64,000 bases of DNA, taken from the human T2T-CHM13v2.0 reference genome, Homo sapiens. The notes below the pieces were generated by a model. It was not told the origin of the DNA and ran no database searches. It saw only the letters and a list, made by a program, of their open reading frames with translations. The stretch's first letter is position 1, and every line of letters starts with the position of its first letter. Positions 19,801 to 64,000 of the stretch are shown in pieces. Location of the stretch: assembly GCF_009914755.1 (NCBI RefSeq), contig NC_060935.1. One strand, written 5' to 3'. Both the position numbers and the translations under genes were made by a program.

Positions 19801-20548
19801 TTTGTGATAAATCTGCAATAGAGGTATTATATATACATGCAGAAAGCTGTGGGAAGCCCAGAGGAGTAAGTGACTAACCCTGCCTGGGAGAGCTGGGGGA
19901 GGCCTTACAGTTTCTTTGTAATTTTTCTCAGATCTTGAGATGAAAAGCGGCTGCCTAATTCAAAGGTTACGAGATAGAAACATCAGTTAGTTCATCCCAC
20001 CTATTTTTACATATGAGGAAACTGGCATCCAGAGAGGCATTAGAGGTTTCATGGTGGGTTATTAGTAGAACTAGACTAGGAAATTTGAGTCAGGGACCTT
20101 AACTTAAATCAGTTTTTCATTTTATAAGTGAAAATAATGGGTGCTCACTGCTTGCTTTTCACTGTGGAAGGAACTTAGGGCTACTGAAGAAGTCTACGTT
20201 TTGTAGGGCCACATGTATTTAGGGAATATTAAATACAACATAATGTACAGGCTTAATGATGTGCAAAATCAGGCAGTATAGACATTGTAGGCTAAGGGTT
20301 AAAAGCGATCTGTGTGGGCTGGGCTAGACTAGGTGGCTGCAGAGGGCTTCCTGGAAAGGAGGGGTTGGGTGGAGGCAGAAGAGAACAGGAGAGAGTAGTC
20401 TGACTTGGGGAGGTTGGAGGAAAGGAGGCATTGTAAATATCTGGTTTCACTGTTTGGTAGCTGGATGATCATTAGGCAGAGTTGCTTCATTGTTGGCTAG
20501 CTACCTCACATGAGCACCCATAGGTAGGAAGATTGCAGTCATGTGTGA

Positions 20549-20860
<312 letters not shown>

Positions 20861-20869
20861 CTCTATTTT

Positions 20870-21155
20870 TTACCGTAATTTAGAAGTAATGATGAGTGTA
20901 AATAATACTTTGAGATATCTGTAGCAATGTAATGTGATATGAAAACATCTGTTGATTTCTATTGATGACAAAATCACAGTTATTGCTAATATTATTGTGG
21001 TTGGTTGCTCCATATGTAATTGAAGGAAATGCTAACTTTCAGTAAGAGAATATTGAAAACAAAGATGTAATTTCATTCCCATCCAAATTCACAGGCCTCC
21101 TGAATTCTATCTATGGGCCCCTTAGGGATATGGGGCCTTCGTGTTAAGAACAGCT
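20870..21155. mobile_element. Ancient hAT-Charlie-type relic (MER113-like)
   Basis: AT-rich body ending ...TTCCCATCCAAATTCACAGGCCTCCTGAATTCTATC...GTTAAGAAC; family assignment from memory, tentative. Confidence 0.4.
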
Positions 21156-21554
21156 CTTTGGCAAGGAAGTGATGAGATCTTGTGGAGGGGAGTAGTTTCC
21201 TAGGTCTCTACAGGACTTGAGTTTCAGACCCAAGGGGCCCCTCTGGTTTCCTGCTGGGTAACCTTTGATATACATTGCTGAGTGGCTTTGTGGGCATGCT
21301 GTGGTACATTTCCCTTTGTGGAAAATGATTCTTTGGGAAACTCAGCAGGTTTGGTTGTTGTCAGGCTTTTAGGGAGAAAAAAAGAGACCAAACTGGGCCT
21401 CCAGAGCTTTGTTGTTGCTGTTGTTGTTACTGTTGATTAAAAAAATCATGAAATATTAAGATATACAACAAAGTATAAATAATAATAAATTGAATACCCT
21501 GAAATGACTTTGAAAAAAATTGTGGACTAAAAGCAGGAAATCATCCCAAGACCT

Positions 21555-21900
21555 TGTCTTACCCTAAATTCCCCCTAAAAAGTAAGACCTGGGATAGGAA
21601 CTTGCAGAGAGTTTATTTCGGAGAAGTGACTTCAAGAAATGAGGGGTGGGAGTTGTGAAGAATGAAACAGGGAATGGACAGGTGTACTATGGAGCTAACA
21701 CCACTGTGAGCATCTGAGGCTCAGTGTCACTTAGAGACCCTCTGAGAAGCCTTGTAGAATGCTCTGTAGAATTGCATTCTACAGGTGATAGAGGAGGGGA
21801 GTATTTATCCACCACCTCACCTTCACTCGCCAAGGGTTATCCCAGGAGGTGCTACCTCTTCTGTACTCCAGAGTTGCATATGCATCAGAATGACCGAGCA
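21555..21900 (-). mobile_element. LTR16-like ERVL LTR fragment
   Basis: AGACCTGGGATAGGAACTTGCAGAGAGTTTATTTCGGAGAAGTGA...GGAGTATTTATCCACCACCTC resembles recalled antisense LTR16. Confidence 0.5.
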
Positions 21901-21924
21901 GGTTCCTTTAAGTACTGCATATTG

Positions 21925-23351
<1,427 letters not shown>

Positions 23352-23576
23352 GTTTCATTGTCTCACTTCGGCTATACCCAGCCATCATGCGTAACTCTGG
23401 TGTGGCCAAACCAGGCTTTTATTCAAGGCTTACTGTGGGCCATGGGGAGACTGTTAATAAAGTCTGGGTGCTAATATTTGACCTCAGCTCCAGCTGTACT
23501 CTCTTATTGAGTATAACCACCTCCCTAGCTTCACCTGCAGTCTTGAAATGGCTGAGCAAATGGGCCTGGTCCCCAC

Positions 23577-24085
23577 TGTATTGGTTACTTATTGGTGTAT
23601 AACAAATTAGGCCAAAACAGAGAGGGCTAAAATAATAAGTATTTATTATCTCATAGATTCTGTGCATCGGGAGTCTGGATATAGCTTGACTGGGTACCTC
23701 TGGCTCAGAGTCTCTCATGAGATGGCAGTCAAACTGTTGGCTGGGGCTGAAGACTCTATTTGGGGGGAGAGTGTTTGCTTTTAAGCTAATTCACATGGTT
23801 GTTGGCAGGCCTTGGTTCCTTGCCATATGGGCCTCTACACTGGGCTATACTGGACATGATGATTGGTTTCCCCTAGAACAAGTGGTCCAAGAGAGCGCAA
23901 GAGAGAGTGCCTAAGATAGATACCTCCATCTTTTTATCATCTAATCTTGGAATTGATAGGCCATCACTTCTTCTATATTGTGTTTGTTAGTAAGTCCAGC
24001 CCATCCTCAAGGTGAGGGAATTACATAAGGGCATGAACACTAGGAGGGCAAGGACCGCTAGGGATCATCTTAAAGGATGCCTCTG
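23577..24085 (-). mobile_element. MLT1-family (ERVL-MaLR) solo LTR
   Basis: TGTATTGGTTACTTATTGGTGTATAACAAATTA...ATTTATTATCTCATAGATTCTGTG...CTCTGGCTCAGAGTCTCTCATGAG...AAGGGCATGAACACTAGGAGG. Confidence 0.7.
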
Positions 24086-25673
24086 AGATTGCCCAAGGGC
24101 CATGCTCTGGGGAACAATCACTTCTAGGTTCTGTGGCCTTTTAGTTTTTCTTTGACTTCCTTTGCTTACGACCTAGAGTCTTGTGGAGTCTTTTTATACT
24201 CCCTTTTATGTTGTGTCTCTTGGTTCATGCATTACTTCATTGCTTTGACATGACCTATCCTTTTTTCCTTCTCCCCGGACTCCTGGGCTCCAATTAGAAA
24301 CTAGCTTTTTATCCTAGGCTGTAGTCCTGCCTACCAACTTTTTTTGTTTCATACCTTCTATTCTGGAGCCCATTGTACAGCCACTGACTTTGGAGCCTTT
24401 ACTACTCCAACTTGGCTTCTGAGAGTTAGATTTGTAGATGGCATTGAATTGGGACTCACAATGACAGATGAAAAACTTCATTCTGACTTTTTAGGCCATT
24501 GGTGTTAGGTGCTAGGACTGAAATCCTAGTATGTGAAAGCTGGAAGGGGTTTTAGAGACCATCTCTCCCAAACTTCTTATTTACATATCAGAAGAACAAA
24601 CTTACCCAAGGTTTTGGTAAGCCAGGGCTAGAATATAATTTTCTCTGATTCTCATTCATATGTTGTTCTCACTCTGTTGTGGAGCCTGTCTACCCTAATG
24701 GAGCCTGTTTGGGTTGTTAGGAGGTCTGGGACCTACACAGAGGAGAACCAGGAAGCAGTTCACAATATTATATTATGTTCACCGAAATTGGTCTGGGTAC
24801 AATTAGGGATATACAAAGTCAAATGTCAAGTGCTGCTTCTTTGGACCTATCCAGCTAGAGAGCTTTTTTATTAGGCACAGAAAAAGAAGCCCAGCAATAT
24901 CTGTTTCCTATGGTGCCTAATATATGCACCCTATACCACTCTCTTGACAATATCTGTTCAGAGCAATGAGGAATCTGTTTGCTGGGATGTACAGTATAGG
25001 CATCTGAAGGAGACAGGTCAGAGCCTTATGTTGTATGTCTCACCACTGAGCTGTTCAGCTGGCTCCATTATGGATTTGGGGCCTCCACAGGCAGGGTAAA
25101 TGTATTAAAAACTTTGTGGGGTTACTCGTGGCCACCTGGAAAGTGCCAAGGGGAGGTTCTCTGGGCATTGAGAATTTGACAACTTTGCCTGTGTTGATAC
25201 AACTTGCTAGAGCAGGCAAGACTTGAAGAGGGATGGCTGTGGTCCTGTCATGTTTATCAGAGTGGAGCAGATTTGTTTTGTGTGAGAAGTCATGCAAGAA
25301 AAATCCGGAAATGAGCCAACAGCACTTAAACTTTTGTTTTCTGCTGGGGAGCATGGAATAGAGAAGGTGCAGGTTCTAAAATTTCTGTATGGGTGGTGGT
25401 TGCTTTCCTGACACAGAGTTCCAGCCCCAGACCACTTTACTCACTTCATCTCCCTCTGTTCCCCTTGCTGCATTCTTGGCAAGCCAAGCATTTTTCTTTG
25501 TTCTGATCTGCAGAACAAACTTTTATTTATACTGCTTCACTTTTGTTTTTACTTATGTCATTTAACTTCCTTCAGAATGTCTTTATTACCTGTCCTTCTT
25601 TATTTCTACTTCCAGTCCTCTATGAAGTCTTTCCTGACACTAATTCTAGCTGTGAGATACTGCTGACCTGTGA

Positions 25674-32148
<6,475 letters not shown>

Positions 32149-32279
32149 CTTTACCTCCATTTTCATATGTGCCATCTGGTTTACCATTATAGCTCAATTC
32201 TTTTGATTCTCAAAGTCACTTCCATTTCTGAAAACTCCCCTTTAATGCACAAGTATTACTGTGTTTATGTTACTCCCAC

Positions 32280-33018
<739 letters not shown>

Positions 33019-34771
33019 TTAGCTCAGTTTACCTACGCAGGAAGGGTGTTAGGGCCTCCAGGCATACTTATGCTGCTTCTGTTATAGCTGACACCTAACT
33101 GCTCCTCCTGAGCTGAGCGTATGCTTGTACTCTTAGCCAGAAGTCAGAGCTTGGTGAGGCCTGATTCCCCAAAGAATTCAGTGATAAAAATTAGGGCACT
33201 TGAGCATATCTAATTGGCTGAACTGTGTGAAGGGCAGAGGCTTTCCCTGGGGGCTCCTTTTAATCTCTGTGGTTATAGTCTTTTAAGGTTGGACTAATTA
33301 AAATGTGTTGACAGTTGGACTCACTACTTTCCTTGCACTAGGTCCTGCTCCGGCCTCCTAGAGTACCAGAAGTTGGCACAGAGCTATTTTTCCTGGGGAG
33401 CTGAGGAGTGGGTTTCCATTTCCTAATCTACTAAATCTACAGTGATGTAATGTTTGTCCAAAATGGACTGCCAAACATTTTATGGTGGGGAGAAATTTAG
33501 GCTGGGACTTGGATGTGGCCTGGGTTTCTGCACTTCTTAAGGTGTCTTTTCAGGTTGATTGTCTGTTCTAGTAGCCCTCAAATGGCCTTGCTCTGTGAGC
33601 TGGCAAGTCATTTCTATTGCCCTGGAGTATCCTTCTCTGGTATGTGTTCCTCTTCTAACCAGAAAAAGGGATAAGGAAAAGATATTTAAGTCCCACCATT
33701 TGCCAGATCAGGGCTAGTGTTTTACACACCTATCTTTTGAGGTATGCTTCATAATGCCCATTTTGCAGGTGAAGAAATAGATTCAGAAAAGGAAAATAAT
33801 TTGCTTGATTGTCATTACAGGCTGTAAGCAACTAAATCAGTATTCAAATCCAGGTCTCTCCCTAGCTTCAGGTTACTTTCCTAAGGTAGCACAAATGATT
33901 TCATGTCCTCTTATCCTTTTAAGCCGCTAAGTTCTCATATCCAGAGAGTCTTCTTCGGTTCCTTTAGCCAGAATGACTTCTTGCCCTGCTTTTTCAGACT
34001 ACTCTGCCTCTCGCTAATCTGTCTGATATTTAAGTCACTGAGGCATGAATCTACCTCCCTCATCTGACTATTCCCGCTCCTGCAAGATTTGGTACTCAGG
34101 GTGTATTTGTTAAAGAACAGAATGAAGTTATAGTGCTGGAATTTCAGGTGTTATGATAGACTGGCAAGGGTAAGGGTTTTGGGCAAAGCCTTGGCTAGTT
34201 TTTCAAATAAGGCCCCCTGTGTCTTTCTGATTTGCCCAGAATGTGCTGTTATTTTCCTGGACATCTGGCTTTAGAGTTTGTATCTTTTTTTTTTTTTAAT
34301 TTTTATTTTCTCCTCCTCTTCCTCTTCTTTTATTGTTTGTTTGTTTGTTTGTGTTTTTCTTGTAGTTGGTTTGCAACCTACAGAGCTAGGCTTAATGCTC
34401 CCTGGACTGGAGTGATATGACAAACCCTCAGCTTCGTCTTGGTTGCTGGAATATGCCTGTTGACCATGGTGCTTGGATTTTGTTTGTTTGGTTGGTTTTT
34501 TGCAAAGAGCATGCCAAGATACTAACCTTGCATTTGGGGCTTATACTTTCTGCAACCTCTGCCTACCAGTGTATGTCACTTCACAGGATAAAGGCTTTCC
34601 TGGCAAAGGCAAACACATGTAAAGGCATCCCTATAAGTTGAATTATTTTTCTCACTGACTTGAAAACAATTGAAAAACTATCTCAGACCTTTTTCTGTGC
34701 ATATAGTGTATACTTCGTGTTTAACATAAAAAGTTAAACTTCAATGGCAAATTGGAACATAACAAAATATA

Positions 34772-38787
<4,016 letters not shown>

Positions 38788-40439
38788 TAATCTTCTCCCC
38801 AGCCAACTGATGGTAGTCATATTATAATAACTCCCCAGATTGGTTTGTGCTCTGCACTTTACAAATCACTCCACTGTTTAAGACCTGTCTTTTTGCTTAT
38901 CATGCCCACAGCTGCTCTGTGAGGTGGGACAGGAGGGGATTGTTATCTCCATATTATTGTAAACAAATTCAAAGAAAGCAGGTGACTTCCCAATGTCATA
39001 TATGTAATTAGGGGCAGAACAGAAACTATATCTCAGGTTTACTAATTTCTGGCTTAGAATTTTATCTGCAGGCTCTTCTACATTTGTTTTTTTCCTTACC
39101 ATTTCCCCTCTTGCCTTCAAGGGTCACTCAAGGCAGAACATCTACCTTGTGGGTTTTTAGGAGGTTTGGTTGGTGACCCAGTGAATGGTAAAGTAGCCCA
39201 GATATCAATCTTAGGTACTTCTCAGTGGCATCAGTGTTCTGGGTTGCTATTGCCGAGAGAATTCTCTTTCTGTGGCTATTAGGATTAATGTTGAACTAAG
39301 AAGCATTAGATTATTATGAATGGTCAGAACACACTCTCATGGAGATCCAGGAAGCAGGACAGGATGTGTGGTGCTGGCCACTTTTGTGTTGTGGCAATGG
39401 CATGAGTTTGCAAGCAGTCAGGCCAGAGTTTGAAATCTGGCTTTGCTGTTGTTTGCTGGCCTCATGACCCTTAGTAAATCATTAATCTCTCTGAGCCTTA
39501 GGGCCACTGAGAGAATGTATTTAAGGGCCACATAATGGCCTGTGAAAACAGTATTTGTTGTTGGTTTTTATTGCCAATACTACTTTAAGTTTAAGGTGCC
39601 TGAAGGGCATTAGAAGCCTGCTAGCACCTGTGACCCTTGCAGGTTACTTCTCGTGTCTTGATTTCCAAGCATTAGTGATGACTACCTTGGAAGCTATTGG
39701 CTGATAGAGGATGAGCTTGAATGCTGTTCCCAAAGTCTCCCGTCTCCCAAGTTTCCAGTGCCTTCTCAGGGCAATGAAAATAGTTTGTGGACAGCTGGGG
39801 GATGGTTTCAGTGTCAAACTTTGGGAGTAAAATCTTTCATGTTTTTCTGAAGAACTTTGGCATTAGAATTGTTGGTTCTGGAAAGTCAAGAACACAGTTG
39901 TTATTGAGAGATTTTAGTTATTTCTGAAACCAGATATTGCTCCAAAGCTGTTTGTTAAATACTTCCCTACTCTTCCTAAACCCCTGCCCCTCCCCAAAAG
40001 AAAAATAAATCATATTCAGACCATCGTGCGATGGTTATATCTCTGGCCTCCCTGGTCACCCAGCCTCTAGCTCTCTGCTAGCACCACTCCAAATTGCTGC
40101 TTCAAAAGAGGTCAGTCAGCCCCTTTCCCTTACTCCTCAACCATGACCTGGTCTGTCTGGAAAGAGGATGAGATACATGGACCAATACATCCTATTTAAA
40201 AGGGAGCTTGCTTTCTCACTAGGGACTTTAGACTGCCTGACACACAGGAAATGACTAGAAAATCTGACCAGTGGAGCATAACTCATTGCTAAAATGGCAG
40301 GTTTGGACGGCTGCAGGATGGGAGAGCAGGCTTCCTGAAGAGGCAGGAAGGGGCAGCTGGATGGGAAAACAGTGACTTTTGAGTTTTTCCTTTTAGAGTA
40401 TGGTGACGTAGGCCGTTTATTAAAAAAAAAAAAAAAAAG

Positions 40440-42405
<1,966 letters not shown>

Positions 42406-42674
42406 TTTAAAAACATTTTGGGGCAAACCTTTCTTGACTTAAAAATCACCCACTAGCCTTTAACTATACCTAGCTCTTTCATGTCTCAGCCTGTGCTCAT
42501 GCTTTTCTCTTTGTCTAGAATATCCTTCTTTTCTCTGGTGGTTGAAATTATAATTGTTCCTCAAGACTCAGCTCAAATGTCACTTCCTCCGAGAAGCTCT
42601 CTTAATTGGTTTCTCCTCCTTCTTCCACTAGTTAGGTGCTCCCTTCTATGAACATCTCTATAATGGGACACCAT

Positions 42675-50897
<8,223 letters not shown>

Positions 50898-51124
50898 TCA
50901 CTATTGTATTTTAATTATTTACTTTGATATCCTCCTACCAGATTTTAAATTGCCAGAAGGCAGGGGCTGTTACTCTTCATTTCATTAAAAAAAGAAGTAT
51001 TGAGTTATGGCTTACATACAATAAAATGAATTAAATGCTTGATGAATTTTTACCAATGTGTTTATCTATGTAACCACCACCTAGATCAAGATACATTTCT
51101 GCATCTTTCTAGAGTGTAGCATAG

Positions 51125-51325
51125 AGATGAGCAAACATTTTCTGTGGAGGGCCAGAGAGTGAATATTTTAGGCTTGATGGGCTATACCGCAAGTTGTAGC
51201 AGGAAAACAGCCATAGATAATATTTAAATGGACATGTGTAGCTGTGTCTAAGAAAACTTTGTTTACAAAAACAAGGTGTTTGGGCTAGATTTGGCCTGAG
51301 GGCCTCAGTTTGCTGATCCCTTGTC
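51125..51325 (+). mobile_element. MER58A-like hAT-Charlie element
   Basis: GCAAACATTTTCTGTGGAGGGCCAGAGAGTGAATATTTTAGGC...GATTTGGCCTGAGGGCCTCAGTTTGCTGATCCC. Confidence 0.7.
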
Positions 51326-51489
51326 TAGCAGAGTGTCTAAGGACAAAATAGAAATTCGGTAAATGTTTGTTGAATTGTAGACAAAGACCTTGATTTCAGA
51401 AATCTCTTCTTGATTTTCTAGCAGTGGGGCAGCTTGTATCTCCATGGTAGGGCTGTACTTTGTTTTTATTTATTTTTTATGTTTTATTT

Positions 51490-52247
51490 ATTTATTTTTG
51501 TTATTTAGTGTTTATTTCATAATCATAAACTTAACTCTGCAATCCAGCTAGTCATGGAAGAAAACAGAGAAAACATGGAGCCCAAAGGGAACTGCAGCAA
51601 GAGCACAAAGATTCAAGGATACTGCGAGCAAATGGGGTGGAGGGGTGCTCTCCTGACCTACAGAAGGAATGGTCTGGTGGCTAAGATAAAACACAAGTCA
51701 AACTTATTAAGAGTTGTCCACAGTCAGCAGTGGTGATCTTCTTGCTGTTCTTGCCATTCCTGGACCCAAAGTGCTCTATGGCCTCCACAATATTCATGCC
51801 TTCTTTCGCCTTGCCAAAGACCGCATGCTTGCCATCCAACCACTCAGTCTTGGCAGTGCAGATGAAAAACTGGGAACTGTTTGTGTTGGGTCCAGCATTT
51901 GCCATGGACAAGATGCCAGGACCTGTATGCTTTAGGATGAAGTTCGCATCATCAAATTTCTCCCCGTAGATGGACTTGCTGCTAGTGCCATTATGGTGTG
52001 TGAAGTCACCACCCTGACACATAAACCCTGGAATAATTCTGTGAAAGCAGGAACCCTTATAACCAAATCCTTTCTCTCCAGTGCTCAGAGCACGAAAGTT
52101 TTCTGCTGTCTTTGGAAACTTGTCTGCAAATAGCTTGAAGGAGACATGGCCCAAGGGCTCGCTGTTGACAGCAATGTCGAAGAACACGGTGGGGTTAACC
52201 ACGGCTGATAGTACGGGGCTCCCGGCAGCAGCAGCATCTGCAAAGAC
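51490..52247 (-). pseudogene. Processed pseudogene (retrocopy) of PPIA / cyclophilin A; reading frame 51681-52202
   Basis: Intronless frame translating to a CypA-like protein (VNPTVFFDI...[16 protein letters not shown]...WLDGKH...ADCGQL). 5'UTR, 3'UTR, AATAAA and an A-rich tail are present, with a 15-bp TSD TTTTATGTTTTATTT (51475-51489 / 52248-52262). Start codon is GTG rather than ATG. Confidence 0.93.
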
Positions 52248-52262
52248 TTTTATGTTTTATTT

Positions 52263-55434
<3,172 letters not shown>

Positions 55435-56736
55435 GGAATAGTGCTCTCTCTCTACCATTATATGTGGGACAAGGGGAAAGGAGAATGGTAAATACAGTTA
55501 TTTTATGTACTAGGCAATGGGTAAGGTGCTTAGTTTAGTTTTCTCACATTTTGTGGTAATTTATTTTTTAATCTCTATTTTAATGTTAGGGAAGCTGAGC
55601 TTCAGAGTAGTTGACTTACTCACGATCATAGAGCTAAGTGGCTGAGCCTGGATTCAGATCTAAGTCTATTTGACTTCAGAACCCATGTCTTTTCATCATT
55701 ATACTATATTCCTCGATAGTTGTTTATTCTGAAACATCTTGATTGAGCTGCCGATGCAACACTAGGTAGTGTCACAAGGGATGCAAGGAAGCATAAGATT
55801 TAGTAATTTCTTCCCTCATGGAATACGTAATTTGGTGATACTGCTATGGCAGAGACAATGGTGCATAGGGATAGATAGAGACATGGGGCAGTGGGAGTTT
55901 AGGGAGCCCCCCAAATAATTGGTGGTGGGGGAAATTGTCAGAGAAGGCTTTCCAGAAAAGTTGGTACCTTAGCTTCTCTAGCGATAAAGAGCATGGGTCC
56001 TTGGGGTCAGCTTGCCTGGGTCTCATCACTATAGTACTATATGCTAGCTATAGTGCTTTGGGGAAGTTACTTAATGTCTCTGAGCCTGCTTCCTCATCTA
56101 TAACATGGAAATTATTATAAAATCAATCTCATAGAGCTGTGCGAAGATTAAGATGAGATAATCTATGTTGAATAATTAGCAGCCAGCTTGACACATAATA
56201 AGCTCTCATTAAGTGTTAACCATTATAATTATCACTGTCTAATCTGTTTTTCTCCCATATCCTGCTCAAGTGGGGACAAATGTAGGCTCTCTTAGGGCCT
56301 GTTATTGTCAATAAAGTAGAGGTTTTGTCTAGAGTGATTTCAAAATATTTCTTTCAGGCCCAAGATTCTGTCAAAGTAAAAACTACTAAGTTAATTGTTT
56401 CCAGGAGGGCAGCTGTCAAGTTACTTTGTATCTTGTGGCAACCAAATCTGGCTTGAGTTCCATAAAGCCAGCTCTGGTGAGTTGCTGGAAATGCTACCTG
56501 ATAAAGGCTCTTCTTTCCTCTGCTGCCTCTTCATTGGATTGACTGAAAGCTGGCCTCTTGGAATACTGGTCTATTTCTCTTCTCTTCCTCCAAGCTTATT
56601 GTGATGGAGAAGATGATGTAATTTTAGTAGTCCAGGTATTCTCTACTACTTTTGGGTCCTGTCTATTCTGGGTAACTGTGGAATAGCAGTACCTTTATAT
56701 ATTTGTACAGTGCTTTTTGTTTGTTTGTTTGTTTTT

Positions 56737-59815
<3,079 letters not shown>

Positions 59816-59830
59816 TGTTTGTTTGTTTTT

Positions 59831-63641
<3,811 letters not shown>

Positions 63642-64000
63642 CTACTTGGAGGGAGTGGCACGAGATGAAGCTGGGTGTGTGTGAAGGGCCAGATCCCGAA
63701 TGACCTTGTATTTTATGGTAAAGAGCTTAAATCCTATTGGAGTTAAGCTTTACCGTCGATATTTAAGATGGGTGTGACATGACCAGAGTGTTTTTTTTAG
63801 GAAGACCTCTTATATGCCTGTGCTTAGAATGTATAGATTATAACTAGAGGCAGGGAAGGCAGCCAGAAGATTTGCAGTAGCAGATGATGAGGCTGGAACA
63901 AGGGTAGTGGTCATGGGGGTTGATTTAAATTGTGTGACGGAAGGATGAAGGAGGCAGTGTTAGGTGACTGGGCATTACTGTGATGCTGTTAACACATGGA

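Overview
Primate, almost certainly human, genomic DNA from the RHOG-STIM1 locus (11p15.4 by recall). The window opens in a CpG island holding the non-coding first exon of RHOG (minus strand, ~227-292). About 14 kb of Alu-rich divergent intergenic DNA follows. A second CpG island then contains STIM1 exon 1 (ATG 15597, signal peptide, splice donor after 15735) with the MIR4687 hairpin in its 5'UTR. The remaining ~48 kb is STIM1 intron 1; I found no sequence matching STIM1 exon 2. The window carries roughly 55-60 Alu elements or fragments, old DNA transposons, LTRs and L1M fragments. The intron also holds an antisense PPIA (cyclophilin A) retrocopy with an uninterrupted frame, and a young antisense L1PA that kept both termini and its target-site duplication (TSD) but lost ~3 kb internally. 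Nearly all ORFs in the track are Alu, L1 or GC-rich artefacts. I see no convincing new multi-gene system. The best leads are regulatory or retrotransposition oddities: a uORF plus miRNA hairpin in the STIM1 leader, the internally deleted L1 whose antisense promoter, ORF0 and splice donors point along STIM1, an Alu dimer inside one TSD, Alu-Alu conversion tracts, a (GGAA)12 microsatellite and several motif-dense candidate enhancers. Gene, repeat-family and consensus comparisons are from memory and were not run as searches; repeat boundaries are approximate.
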